Counted from the stretch's first letter, positions 40,003 through 50,438 are shown. The stretch is DNA of 59,389 nt from a bacterium (GCA_043797105.1 JAZDPZ010000068.1:1-59389), one strand, 5' to 3'. The notes: generated by a model not told the origin, from the letters alone. Numbers and translations are program-made.

Positions 40003-41997
40003 TTATAAAAGTGCATTTACATTGATAATTAAAGCTACTCGACCATTTCCAAGAGTAGTGGCTCCGGAAATATAGTCTTCCGCGCATAATTTTTTATTAA
40101 TAGGTTTAATAACAACTTCTTGTTGCCCTACAAGATCAGATACAACTATTCCTATATATCTTCCCTGAGATCTGACAATAACAACAGTAAAAGATTCTGA
40201 TGACAAATCATTTTCAAAGTTAGGGACTCCCAATAACTTGTGTAACCTTATTAATGGTAAAGTTTTTTCTCTTAAAACAATTACTTCTTTGTTTTGAATA
40301 TTTCTAACCTGCTGAGGTTTAATGTCAATTACCTCGCTTATATAATTCAAAGGTATAGCATATATTTCCTGACTGACTTTTATTAATAAAGCCTGAATTA
40401 TAGCCATTGTAGAAGGAAGATTTATGGTAATGGATGTTCCTTTTCCAATTTCAGAAGCAATCATTACATTTCCGCCTAAAGAAGCGACTTTGGATTTAAC
40501 CACATCCATGCCGACTCCGCGTCCTGATATATCAGTAGCAACTTCAACAGTAGAAAGACCAGGCGCAAATATCAAATCCAACGCTTCTTTATCTGAAAGG
40601 GCTTGGGCTATATCAGGAGTTATTACTCCTTTTTTGATTGCGGATGCTTTTATTTTCTGAGGATCAATACCTTTTCCATCATCGCAGACCTTAATTAAAA
40701 TACTGTCACCTTCGTTGAAAGCAAGTAATTCCAAAGTTCCTTTTGCTGGTTTACCGGCTAAAATTCTTTCTTCAGTGCTTTCAAGTCCATGATCCAATGA
40801 ATTTCTAATTAAATGCACTAACGGATCACCGATTTCGTCAATAACAACTCTGTCAATTTCAGTATCTTTTCCTATTATTTTTAAATTTACTTCTTTATTC
40901 AAATCCTTAGAAATATCCCTGACCAGACGGGGAAATCTGTTAAATACCTGTTCAATGGGTACCATTCTTAATTTCATTACAATTTCCTGAATATTGCTGG
41001 TTATATTTCCCATTGCTCCTATGGCAGTATTCAGCTCATTGACTTTTAATTCGTTTGATATCTGGGTCATTTGAGTTCTACTGATAACCAGCTCCCCAAC
41101 AAGATTCATCAATTTATCCATTTTATTTGCGCTTACTCTTATAGTTTGAGGAATCACCTTTGATATTGATTGTTGGTTTGAGGAATCACCGGAAGAACCG
41201 TTTTTTTCTTTTAATGATTCTTTTTTAATTTCATTTTGATCTTTGTCTTGTGTTTTTGTAAGATCAAGATCAACAATTTTAACATCTTCTATTTCAGATA
41301 TTTGCTTAATTGTCTCTTCTATTTTTTGATAATCAGATTCAAGAGTTAACAAAAATAATTTAAAAGTTTTATCAAATTTTCCGTTTTCGATTTCTTCTGC
41401 TATTGGATGAGTTTTAATTATTTCTCCATAACTGTCTAAAGCCTTAGTTACCATATAAGCTCTAACACCGGGAAGAACACAGTCATTAATTAAAAACACG
41501 GTTATTTCTTTTGATTTATAGCCATTTGCTTTTGCATCATTAATTACAGCGAGTTCATACTCATTAAAAATCATTTCTTTGCTTGATTGTTTAGTCGAAT
41601 CAGCTTCATCAGACGCATTCATTATATCCTGCAAATCATTAACCAGATCAGTAACAGCGCTGCTTTTATCTTCATAATTTCCGCTGATTACTTTGTCAAC
41701 TAATTCTTCCAATCCGTCAAGACATCTGAATAAAACATCAATAATTATTCCGGTTGCTTTTATATTGCCATTTCTTAATGGCTCGAGAACATTTTCCATA
41801 TTATGTGTCAAATCTGCAATATTATTAAATCCCATTGTTTTTGACATGCCCTTTAAAGTATGCGCAACCCGAAATATATCGTTCAAAATTTCTAAATCAT
41901 CCGGTTGAGTCTCGAGCTTTAACAAGCTTTCATTAAGTTTTTGCAAATTTTCTTTGGACTCATCTATAAATAATCCAAGATATTGACTTAATTCCAC
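40003..41997 (-). CDS. cheA: chemotaxis histidine kinase
   Basis: FRVAHTLKG, NLVGELVI, HLIRNSLDHG, DDGKG, SGRGVGMDVV. Confidence 0.97.
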   Translation of the reverse strand: MELSQYLGLFIDESKENLQKLNESLLKLETQPDDLEILNDIFRVAHTLKGMSKTMGFNNIADLTHNMENVLEPLRNGNIKATGIIIDVLFRCLDGLEELVDKVISGNYEDKSSAVTDLVNDLQDIMNASDEADSTKQSSKEMIFNEYELAVINDAKANGYKSKEITVFLINDCVLPGVRAYMVTKALDSYGEIIKTHPIAEEIENGKFDKTFKLFLLTLESDYQKIEETIKQISEIEDVKIVDLDLTKTQDKDQNEIKKESLKEKNGSSGDSSNQQSISKVIPQTIRVSANKMDKLMNLVGELVISRTQMTQISNELKVNELNTAIGAMGNITSNIQEIVMKLRMVPIEQVFNRFPRLVRDISKDLNKEVNLKIIGKDTEIDRVVIDEIGDPLVHLIRNSLDHGLESTEERILAGKPAKGTLELLAFNEGDSILIKVCDDGKGIDPQKIKASAIKKGVITPDIAQALSDKEALDLIFAPGLSTVEVATDISGRGVGMDVVKSKVASLGGNVMIASEIGKGTSITINLPSTMAIIQALLIKVSQEIYAIPLNYISEVIDIKPQQVRNIQNKEVIVLREKTLPLIRLHKLLGVPNFENDLSSESFTVVIVRSQGRYIGIVVSDLVGQQEVVIKPINKKLCAEDYISGATTLGNGRVALIINVNALL

Positions 41998-42098
41998 ATT
42001 CCGACTCCTTAAATTAGTTAAATTTTAACAATATAAAATAAAAAGTGCTTAAGAATAAAATAGCATAAAATTTTTATCTTTAAATATTACAAATAATT

Positions 42099-42124
42099 TT
42101 ATCGACAAATTAAATATAAATTAA
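42099..42124 (-). promoter_or_regulatory. possible sigma-28 promoter of the che operon
   Basis: -10 box GTCGATAA on the minus strand (42106-42099), about 100 nt upstream of cheA; -35 only weakly matched. Confidence 0.35.
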
Positions 42125-42366
42125 TTTTCCAGCTTGATAAATGTAATTTATATGATGTATATATTAGCATTTATCTCAAAAAAATACCAGTCAACAATGA
42201 TAATTAATATTTCTAATTATTTATTAAATTATTTGTTGAGTTAAAGCTAAAAAATAAATCTAATATTATATAAACAATTTTTTGAGAAAGAAGTATCTAG
42301 ATACTTAATTATAATTTAATGATCTTTTGTTAAGATTTTATTTAAAAATTGTAAATTTTTATTAAG

Positions 42367-42942
42367 TTATTTCTCAAGATTTAATATTATATTATTCCAG
42401 ACATCTATGGTTTGAGGATTTATTACAAGCCTTTTTTCAAGAAGTTTTGAGATAGTTACGTTAAAACAAAGCAAAACAGCTTCATCAAGATTATTTTTTT
42501 GGTCAAGCAAAAGCATTACTTTTTTTATAAATTCAGCGTTTCTGGTATAAGGTTCTATTTTATCAGACAGGAATACTATTTTTTCAAGCCTGCTCATATT
42601 AACTCTGCCGACTGTATGGTATCTGACTGCATTAAGAATTTCAATATCATTTATTTTAAGTTCATTTTGAGCTAAAAAAGCTCCTACCGGTGAATGAAGC
42701 GTTTTTATATTATTTTTTTCCATTTCTGACACAGGTATATTATTTTTTTCAACTATTTCCAACAGTTTATTTCCCGAAATACATTTGGCATTATCGTGTA
42801 TTAAAGCAGCAAAACCTGCTTTATCAGGATCAACATCAAATCTTTTTGCCAAATTTCTTGCTGTTTCTTCAGAGCCTATGGAATGGATATATTTTTCCTT
42901 GCTCAGTCTATTTTTTAGCCATTTTTTTACATCGTCATACAT
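42367..42942 (-). CDS. yqeK: HD-family Ap4A hydrolase
   Basis: HS, HDNAK, LHSPVGA, YHT.G, SDKIEP; next to nadD. Confidence 0.92.
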   Translation of the reverse strand: MYDDVKKWLKNRLSKEKYIHSIGSEETARNLAKRFDVDPDKAGFAALIHDNAKCISGNKLLEIVEKNNIPVSEMEKNNIKTLHSPVGAFLAQNELKINDIEILNAVRYHTVGRVNMSRLEKIVFLSDKIEPYTRNAEFIKKVMLLLDQKNNLDEAVLLCFNVTISKLLEKRLVINPQTIDVWNNIILNLEK

Positions 42943-42981
42943 AATAATTTACTCATGCCTAAGGCACATTCACAGGCTACT

Positions 42982-43041
42982 AACAAGGGGTTGCAACCCC
43001 TTGTTTTAGATTGCTTCGTCATTTCATTCCTCGCAATGACA
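42982..43041. repeat. 24-bp perfect palindrome AACAAGGGGTTGCAACCCCTTGTT plus REP-like AGATTGCTTCG..TCGCAATGACA
   Basis: Self-complementary 42982-43005; family copy at 43008-43041 between nadD and yqeK. Confidence 0.8.
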
Positions 43042-43070
43042 GTTGACAAGACTTTTCACCAATTAGCGAT

Positions 43071-43673
43071 TCAAGTATAATACAAACTATTTTCATGAAT
43101 ATATTCCTCAACTGTTTTTGGGACAAGATATTTAATAGATTTATTTCTTTTTATTTTATCTCTAATGCTTGAAGATGAAATTTCCAGTACAGGCGCTTTA
43201 ACCAGTTGATAACTAAAATGTTTTAACTTGATTTTTTCAAATAATTCTTCAAAATTGAGTTTTTCATACCTTGCCACTATAACAAAATTAACCAGCTCAG
43301 CTAATTTTTCTGCTTCATGCCAACTGTCAATCAAACTAAAAGCATCAGAGCCAACAATAAAATTTATTTTACCTGAAATATCGGTATTTTCTTCAAAAAG
43401 TTTTTTAACAGTAAAGTATGAATATGATTTTCTTCTTTCTTTAAGATTAAACTCTATATCACTTGCTTCAAAAAACGGATTATCCGCAATGGCAAGATTC
43501 GTCATATATAGTCTATGCTCAGCGATTGCAATATCTTTAGCCCTATGAGGAGGCGAGTATGCAGGAATAAATAATATTTTTTCCTGCTTTAGTTCTTCCC
43601 TTACTGATTCGGCAATAATTAAATGCCCTGTATGAATCGGGTTAAATGTTCCTGAAAATACAGTAATATTCAT
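43071..43673 (-). CDS. nadD: nicotinate-nucleotide adenylyltransferase
   Basis: GTFNPIHTGH, PPH, FIVGSD, ISSS.IR; start set at MNITVF. Confidence 0.95.
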   Translation of the reverse strand: MNITVFSGTFNPIHTGHLIIAESVREELKQEKILFIPAYSPPHRAKDIAIAEHRLYMTNLAIADNPFFEASDIEFNLKERRKSYSYFTVKKLFEENTDISGKINFIVGSDAFSLIDSWHEAEKLAELVNFVIVARYEKLNFEELFEKIKLKHFSYQLVKAPVLEISSSSIRDKIKRNKSIKYLVPKTVEEYIHENSLYYT

Positions 43674-43680
43674 TTTTTTT

Positions 43681-44404
43681 TCAAATATTCGGCTGAATAA
43701 ATATGTTTCCATTATTCTCTATTATACTAAAATCAATACTATATGCTTTTGCTAAATTAAATTCTGTTAAAATATCAGGCTTATTTCCATGAATAAGCTG
43801 TCCTTGCTTGGATATAATCACGAATTTATCTCCGTATTTTGCGGCAAGATTTATATCATGCATAATTACTACAATGGTCATATTTTTTTTTGGTAAGTTT
43901 TTTGAGAATATCCAGAATTATAACCTGATTTAATAGGTCAAGATTAGCTGAAGGTTCATCAAGCAGTATAAAATCAGCTTCTGAAACAAGACAAAGAGCA
44001 ACATTAGCAAGCTGTAGTTCACCAGCGCTTAATGTATTCAAAACTAAATCTTTTTTTGAAATTAGATTTAGTTTTTCAAGAATTTCACAGACCATGTTTT
44101 TTTCCTGTGTTTTTAAAGACCATTTCCATCCTGTTTGAAAAAATACTGACGATACATACTCATAAAGAGTAATTCCCTCTGGATAATAAGTTCTTTGCGG
44201 AATTAAAATACTTTTTTTGAATGAAGTAACGAGATTTCCTTTTGTTAATTTTTTTGTATTGCCAAGCACATTGATAAGAGTTGTTTTTCCTGCTCCATTT
44301 GGTCCGATAATTACTGTTAAAAGCTCAGGATATATTTCCAGATTAATATTATCAAGAATAGTATGATTATTAATTGTAATTTTGCCGTTTTCTATTTTAA
44401 GCAT
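43681..44404 (-). CDS. Fe-siderophore/B12 ABC transporter ATPase, +1 frameshift in A9 (43883-43891)
   Basis: GPNGAGKTT, LSAGE, LLDEP; second fragment has VIMHDINLA; removing one A gives TKKNMTIVVIMHD. Confidence 0.85.
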
Positions 44405-45380
44405 AAAGCTTGCTTCCCTTGAAAACCAAAAAACATATAAATATCGGCGCGCCAACAAAAGCAAGAATCAGACCCAAAGGTATTTCTGAAGGATAAATCA
44501 AACTCCTTGCCATAAAATCAGAAAATAAAACTATTGATGATCCCAGTAATATATTTACAAAAAACAACCATCTAAAATCCTGCCCTATAAGGAGTTTTGA
44601 AATATGAGGAATTAAAATCCCCACGAATCCTAAAATTCCGGCAGCGCAAACACTTAATGCCGCAAGAAGAGAAGACAGAATTATAAAAAATATATAGTAA
44701 CCATTAGTATTTGTATTGAGCGCATTCACTATATTATTGTCAAGACGCAAAAAATTGAGCTTTGGCAGCATGAAAACACATGCCAGCATTGCAAAAAAAT
44801 AAGCTATAAAAACAGATTTGGATACGAATACTGAACTGCTGAGATTTCCGGATAAAATCATCATCATACTAAAGGTTTTTTCACTATGTGTAAGGATTAT
44901 TGCAGAAATTACAGAACCTGCAAAAATATTTATTGCTAATCCAACCAAAATTAGCTTAACAAGAGAAAATTTATTCCAGCCGGTAAATGTTATAACAATG
45001 CTTGAAGATATTAATGCTCCAATAAATGCAAAAAATGAATAATGAGCCGGATTTAAACCAAATAAAATAGCAATTACTAAAGCTATTCCGGCGCCTGAAG
45101 AAACCCCTGTTATATAAGGTTCAACTAAAGGATTTTTGGTTATTGTCTGCATAAACATGCCTGATATTGCAAGACAGGAACCTGCTATTATTGCTTTAGC
45201 CACTCTGGGTATTCTGAGCAACTGCAAAATCTGCACATTATCAGTATTTTTGCCTGTTATAAAATCTAAAATATCCTGGATACACAAGTTTGTATGTCCA
45301 AAAAATAAAGCTAAACATAAGCTTATTATAAAAAATGCTATACATGAGCTTATTATCAGGATTTTTGAATTTTTCTTCAT
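44397..45380 (-). CDS. FecCD/BtuC family ABC permease
   Basis: LRIPR, Q.ITKNPLVEPYITGVSSGA, GFVGILIPH, EIPLG...GAP. Confidence 0.92.
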   Translation of the reverse strand: MKKNSKILIISSCIAFFIISLCLALFFGHTNLCIQDILDFITGKNTDNVQILQLLRIPRVAKAIIAGSCLAISGMFMQTITKNPLVEPYITGVSSGAGIALVIAILFGLNPAHYSFFAFIGALISSSIVITFTGWNKFSLVKLILVGLAINIFAGSVISAIILTHSEKTFSMMMILSGNLSSSVFVSKSVFIAYFFAMLACVFMLPKLNFLRLDNNIVNALNTNTNGYYIFFIILSSLLAALSVCAAGILGFVGILIPHISKLLIGQDFRWLFFVNILLGSSIVLFSDFMARSLIYPSEIPLGLILAFVGAPIFICFLVFKGSKLYA

Positions 45381-45486
45381 TATTTTAACCAACTACTTTA
45401 CCCAATTTATCCAAAAAAATTCTCTAGTAAATATAATAACTCAGAGATTATACTTTTATCTCAAGTTAATAATACTTTTATTAATT

Positions 45487-46272
45487 ATGATATTTGAAAA
45501 TAGTTATAATGAAAATCCTAAAAATGAACCTCATATTAAAACTGACCTCCAAGCTTTCTGGATAAGCATTTTTAACCATGCTTTTTCAAGAATGGTTAAA
45601 AAAGGCTTTTATTCAGTCAGGTTAAAAAATACCCAGAATTATGATTTAAGAGATTTGCAGGTCGGCAATATAATTTATGCAAATCATTGCTGTTGGTGGG
45701 ATGGAATTATGGGTTATTTATTATGCAGAAAAATTTTTCAAACTGATATGCATATGATGATCGAGGAATTACACCGTTTTCCTTTATTATCTAAAATAGG
45801 GGCTTTTTCTGTAGAAAAAAATTCGCCGCAGTCTTCCTTAGGATCTCTTAATTATTGTATTGAATTTTTGGAAAATCCTAAAAATTCTCTTTGGATATTT
45901 CCACAGGGAGTGGTTATGCCTCCGGATTACAGACCTGTAAAATTTGCAGGCGGCATATCATATTTATGTAAAAAATTAAAAAAAATCAATCTTATTCCTG
46001 TAGCTCACAGATATAATTTTATCAGGGAAGATCGTCCGGAAATTTTTATAGAAGTTGGAAAGCCAATAATAATAAACAATGATCTTGAAAAAAACAGAAA
46101 AGAATTTACCCAATTTTTAGAAGAAGAATTTACTCTTTTATTAGACAGGCAAAAACAGGATATTTCCAAGGGTAATTTTGAAGGCTATGAATTTTTCTTA
46201 AAATCCAGACTATGTATGCTTAAACTTATAGAAAAAAATTTTAAATTATTTGTTCAATCTTTAAAATTTTGA
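45487..46272 (+). CDS. lysophospholipid acyltransferase family protein
   Basis: NHCCWWD (HX4D), IGAFSV, IFPQG; start moved to ATG 45487 to avoid overlap with the permease. Confidence 0.85.
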   Translation: MIFENSYNENPKNEPHIKTDLQAFWISIFNHAFSRMVKKGFYSVRLKNTQNYDLRDLQVGNIIYANHCCWWDGIMGYLLCRKIFQTDMHMMIEELHRFPLLSKIGAFSVEKNSPQSSLGSLNYCIEFLENPKNSLWIFPQGVVMPPDYRPVKFAGGISYLCKKLKKINLIPVAHRYNFIREDRPEIFIEVGKPIIINNDLEKNRKEFTQFLEEEFTLLLDRQKQDISKGNFEGYEFFLKSRLCMLKLIEKNFKLFVQSLKF

Positions 46273-46321
46273 GAATGTTAACTTATACCAATTTGTAATC
46301 CAAATATTTAACTTGCGCAAT

Positions 46322-46343
46322 TTGCGAGCGAAGCGAAGCAAGC
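46322..46343. repeat. degenerate REP-like copy (TTGCGAGCGAAGCGAAGCAAGC)
   Basis: Matches the 27757 and 3701 family. Confidence 0.55.
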
Positions 46344-46544
46344 TTAATGATTTTTTTATTATATCTTAAGACTTAGTTCCAAATGCAATTATTACTAAAA
46401 AGCCCTCTCTGAGCACGCTTTACTCCACTCCTAATAATATTGCAATTTCTTAATATTATTAGGTTTTAATGTTTAAAATTTTTGATTTAGTGGTATATAG
46501 TAAAATAATTATATTTATAATAAAAAGAGAAAGAGAGGGAAAAT

Positions 46545-47288
46545 ATGCTTTCAAATCTCGATATAATAATGTTTCGTTCATCGCTTATTTTAAGCATGGG
46601 AAAAATAAGACTTTCTCAAGAACCTAATGTTGCAAAAAAAGCTTTTACATTGGCAGAGCTTCTTGTGGTTTTGGTAGTAGTAGGGGTTATCGGAGGTATA
46701 GCCATTCCGGCTGTTTATCAGAATATTCAGGATGCTCAGAATAAGACGCAGTGGAAAGCGACTTATTCAATGTTTGCTCAGGCTGTTAGGGAGTTAGCTA
46801 CAGATAATGGTGGAGATTTAGCAGGAACTTTTACGAATGCTGATGTTTTTAGGGACAAAATTCTTGCTTATATGAACTATGTAAAAAAATGTGATGCTGG
46901 AACTCCTGTCGGATCAAACGGTTGTTGGTCTGATATTACTTATAAACTTTCAGGTGAAAATTATTCGTTTATATCTTGGACTAGAGCCGCATTAAATAAT
47001 GGTGTATTAATGACATCATATATAGCTAGTTCTAGTTGCGCCTCTAATTTAAGTGGAAGAGGAAATACTTGTAGCTTTGTAGGATTTGATGTAAACGGCT
47101 TTCAAGGTCCCAATAAAATAGGAAAAGATATATTTGCGTTGTGGGTTTTAAGAGATGGAAATATTTTACCGACAGGAAGTAAAGGAGATTTTTGTTATAA
47201 TAATCCTGCTAGCTATAGTTGTGATGTAGTTACATATTCAACAAATAATGAGGGTTGGAGCTGCTCTACTGACTACCTAAAGCGCTAA
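46545..47288 (+). CDS. type IV pilin-like / prepilin N-methylation domain protein
   Basis: KKA|FTLAELLVVLVVVGVIGGIAIP, Cys-rich body, DVNGFQGPNKIGKDIF; true start may be downstream (e.g. 46596). Confidence 0.9.
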   Translation: MLSNLDIIMFRSSLILSMGKIRLSQEPNVAKKAFTLAELLVVLVVVGVIGGIAIPAVYQNIQDAQNKTQWKATYSMFAQAVRELATDNGGDLAGTFTNADVFRDKILAYMNYVKKCDAGTPVGSNGCWSDITYKLSGENYSFISWTRAALNNGVLMTSYIASSSCASNLSGRGNTCSFVGFDVNGFQGPNKIGKDIFALWVLRDGNILPTGSKGDFCYNNPASYSCDVVTYSTNNEGWSCSTDYLKR

Positions 47289-47329
47289 TTTAATCCATTT
47301 TAAAAAATCCCCCAAAAACAAAAGCTTAA

Positions 47330-48130
47330 TCAATTATCTTTAATTGAATTGATAATTTTTTTCAAAAATACATGAAATATCCAATAATACAAACTATCTG
47401 GAAAAAATTTAAAACAATATCCATAAATAAAATTATATAAAGGCGTATAGTTTATAGTATTAGGCGCTTTAGGATCAACTATTGCTCGTGAAAGCACTTT
47501 TGCTACATTGGAAAAGGTAGGAATCATTAATTCTAAAATGCTATTTCCCTGTTTTTTTCGCATATAACCCAGATTAACTGATATTATCCTTATTTTTTTA
47601 TTTTTTTTCCATATAAACCTGAGCGCTCTTAAAACCATATTAAGATATGATTTTGATGCAGGATAAGCTATTGTAGGGAAAAAAATTAAAGGATTTAACG
47701 CGCTATACGAAGAAATACCCATAAAAACTCCACCGTATTCCAATAAATGACTTTGAACACCTTCTAAAACATTTCTTAATCCATTAATTCCTACGGAATC
47801 TATTTCCCTCCATATATCAAAATCTATAAAATTATCTTTTTTTACATCACTTTTTACACAAGCTGCGTTAAAAATAACATAAATAGGCTCTCCTATTAAT
47901 TCAGAACATATTGAGGCAATTTTTGAACTACATTCTTCTGAGCTAATGTCTAATTTAATATGTTTATATTTTTCTGTATTTTGCCGGTTATTTTGTATTT
48001 CTTTATATTCTGTTCTTGCTATGCCAAAAACTCTAATATTTTTGTATTTTAAAAATTCATTAACTAATTCTGCTCCCAAACCTTTTGAGGAACCGATTAT
48101 TATTACATTTTTAGTTTTATTATTTTGCAT
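47330..48130 (-). CDS. short-chain dehydrogenase/reductase
   Basis: IIGSSKGLG, NA, SS, YPASK. Confidence 0.85.
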   Translation of the reverse strand: MQNNKTKNVIIIGSSKGLGAELVNEFLKYKNIRVFGIARTEYKEIQNNRQNTEKYKHIKLDISSEECSSKIASICSELIGEPIYVIFNAACVKSDVKKDNFIDFDIWREIDSVGINGLRNVLEGVQSHLLEYGGVFMGISSYSALNPLIFFPTIAYPASKSYLNMVLRALRFIWKKNKKIRIISVNLGYMRKKQGNSILELMIPTFSNVAKVLSRAIVDPKAPNTINYTPLYNFIYGYCFKFFPDSLYYWIFHVFLKKIINSIKDN

Positions 48131-48788
48131 ATATATTTAAAAATAAATAACCGTTTGACTCTATAATTTCTTTTTTTCCAAGATTTATTGGCTTTTTAAA
48201 TATCGGACCATCATATACAAATGTATGATATTCACCATTTTCACCTGAAATATCAATTCCAAGACTTTGAAATTTTTCAATAGTATCAAAATTGAGTGTG
48301 CAACCAAGCCAACTTTCATTCATTATATCTTTTTTTACCGCAACAATCATGGCTTTAAATCCATGATTAAGAAATTCGATTACTAATTTGGTTCTATCTA
48401 TTTGCCACAAAGGAATGATTGCTTCTATTGAAGATTTTTGACATACTGTTTCAACCCATTTTCTGTTGTTTTCAACGTCTATATCTCCAAAAACACCGTG
48501 ATAAAATTCGTTTTTATGCAATTTTTCAAGAATTTCTAAAAAAACATCTTCATAATCATTCCAGGTTGCTGCGCCAAATTCTATGGGAATTTGCAAAGAG
48601 CCTGCCTGAAGTTCAATTAAATCTTTTGATAAACCATGAGAGCGGGAACGATATTTGTCTTCTGTCAGCATGCATAAAAGAGAGCAAATATCATACCCTT
48701 TTTCCATTGCCTGAAAAAGAGCGAAACAACAATCTTTGCCTCCACTCCAGGAACAAAATGCTTTGATATTTTTTTCAAGATTATTCAT
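48120..48788 (-). CDS. diphthine--ammonia ligase (Dph6)-like PP-loop ATPase
   Basis: SWSGGKDC, SRSHG, FGDID, PLW, GENGEYHTFVYDGPIF. Confidence 0.9.
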   Translation of the reverse strand: MNNLEKNIKAFCSWSGGKDCCFALFQAMEKGYDICSLLCMLTEDKYRSRSHGLSKDLIELQAGSLQIPIEFGAATWNDYEDVFLEILEKLHKNEFYHGVFGDIDVENNRKWVETVCQKSSIEAIIPLWQIDRTKLVIEFLNHGFKAMIVAVKKDIMNESWLGCTLNFDTIEKFQSLGIDISGENGEYHTFVYDGPIFKKPINLGKKEIIESNGYLFLNIYAK

Positions 48789-48827
48789 TAAACTTTTCTA
48801 ATTTTTTTAAATAATAAAAATAAAAAA

Positions 48828-48900
48828 TACCCCCAAGGGAATTCGAATCCCTGCCGCCTCCGTGAAAGGGAGGTGTCCTGGGCCACTAGACGATGGGGGC
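48828..48900 (-). tRNA. tRNA-Glu(TTC)
   Basis: GCCCCCATCGTCTAGTGGCCCAGGACACCTCCCTTTCACGGAGGCGGCAGGGATTCGAATTCCCTTGGGGGTA; cloverleaf with TTC anticodon; CCA not encoded. Confidence 0.97.
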
Positions 48901-49127
48901 TTGATAATTAAATTTTAAATGAGTTAATTTAGCTTAACAAAACTATATTGTACTTGTCAACCATATTTTATTATTTTTTTATTTTCTTATTATAATTTTA
49001 AAAAAAAATTAACAAAATTTATATATTAAAGACTTGTAAAATAGTATATTCTCTGTAGAATTAAATTTATGTTCTTTATAAAATAAAACTGGAAAAGAAC
49101 AAAAATAGTAAAAGAGGTATTTATTTA

Positions 49128-49346
49128 ATGTCAAAGGATGTAATTGAGTTCGAAGGTACAATAATAGAATCGCTACCTAATGCCATGTTTCGTGTAAAAT
49201 TAGAAAATGGTCACATGGTTTTGGCTCATATATCCGGTAAAATTAGAAAAAATTTTATAAGAATTTTGCCAGGTGATAAGGTTAAAATAGAATTAACTCC
49301 TTATGATCTGAGTAGAGGAAGAATAACTTACAGAATGAAAGGATAA
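49128..49346 (+). CDS. infA: translation initiation factor IF-1
   Basis: [21 protein letters not shown]. Confidence 0.98.
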   Translation: MSKDVIEFEGTIIESLPNAMFRVKLENGHMVLAHISGKIRKNFIRILPGDKVKIELTPYDLSRGRITYRMKG

Positions 49347-49350
49347 AAAA

Positions 49351-49464
49351 TTGAAAGTCAGGGCATCTGTAAAAAAAATGTGTGATAAATGCAAAGTAAT
49401 TCATCGAAAAGGACGCGTTGCAATAATATGCGAAAATCCAAAACATAAACAAAGACAAGGATAA
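49351..49464 (+). CDS. rpmJ: 50S ribosomal protein L36 (not in the ORF track)
   Basis: TTG start; [37 protein letters not shown]. Confidence 0.97.
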   Translation: MKVRASVKKMCDKCKVIHRKGRVAIICENPKHKQRQG

Positions 49465-49601
49465 AATTTTTTTTGAGGTAATTAATCTAAAAACTTGGAA
49501 TAAAAACTTGAATATTTCTTATGTTTTGGTTAACTTATAATTCTTATGAATAAATTATTATTTAAAAATATAGTTTTAAGATTAATAAATAGGAGTGATT
49601 A

Positions 49602-49967
49602 ATGGCTAGAATTGCTGGGGTTGATTTGCCGCGTAACAAACGAATGGTAATAGCTCTCACTTATATATATGGAATAGGTCCAAGTCGGGCAAAAGAAATA
49701 CTTACAAATTGTAATATTTTAGAAGATACTAAAAGCGATAATTTGACAGAAGATGAAATTAACCGTTTGAGAGAGGAAATTGACAAGCATCAGGTAGAAG
49801 GCGATCTAAGAAGAGTTGAAGGACTTAATATTAAAAGATTAATGGAAATAAACTCATACAGAGGCATGCGTCATCGTCGAGGACTTCCGGTTCGAGGACA
49901 AAGAACAAAAACTAATGCAAGAACCAGACGCGGTAAGAGATCAGGTCCAGTATCAAAGAAAAAATAA
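49602..49967 (+). CDS. rpsM: 30S ribosomal protein S13
   Basis: [26 protein letters not shown]. Confidence 0.98.
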   Translation: MARIAGVDLPRNKRMVIALTYIYGIGPSRAKEILTNCNILEDTKSDNLTEDEINRLREEIDKHQVEGDLRRVEGLNIKRLMEINSYRGMRHRRGLPVRGQRTKTNARTRRGKRSGPVSKKK

Positions 49968-49997
49968 AGAACTATTTTAAGGAGAATATAATTAATT

Positions 49998-50411
49998 ATG
50001 GCAAAAGCAACCAGTAAAGCTAAAACTAAAGGCAAAGCTAAGGTTAAAAAGAAAGAAAAAAAGAATGTATTACAGGGAAAAGTTCACATTCAATCAACCT
50101 TTAATAATACAATTGTTACCTCTACTGACATGCAGGGTAATGCAATAGCTTGGGCAAGTGCTGGTACAACAGGTTTTAAAGGCGCAAGAAAAGGTACTCC
50201 TTTTGCAGCGCAATCTGCTGCAGAATCAGTTGCTAAAAAATCAATTGAACAAGGAATGAGAACGGTTGAAGTATTGGTTAATGGTCCGGGTTCAGGCAGG
50301 GAAACTGCTATTAGAGCAATTCAGGCAGCAGGTCTTGAAATTACCCTAATAAAAGATGTTACTCCTATTCCACATAATGGTTGCCGTCCGCCAAAGAAAC
50401 GAAGAGTATAA
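49998..50411 (+). CDS. rpsK: 30S ribosomal protein S11
   Basis: [32 protein letters not shown]. Confidence 0.98.
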   Translation: MAKATSKAKTKGKAKVKKKEKKNVLQGKVHIQSTFNNTIVTSTDMQGNAIAWASAGTTGFKGARKGTPFAAQSAAESVAKKSIEQGMRTVEVLVNGPGSGRETAIRAIQAAGLEITLIKDVTPIPHNGCRPPKKRRV

Positions 50412-50438
50412 TTTAAATAATAATGGGAGACTATAAAA

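Noticed and set aside
41998-42366. Long AT-rich intergenic region as an ncRNA or replication origin
   Set aside because: No stable structure or DnaA-box cluster seen
45136-45486. Long overlap of the acyltransferase ORF with the opposite-strand permease
   Set aside because: Shadow extension; the acyltransferase domain starts after 45487
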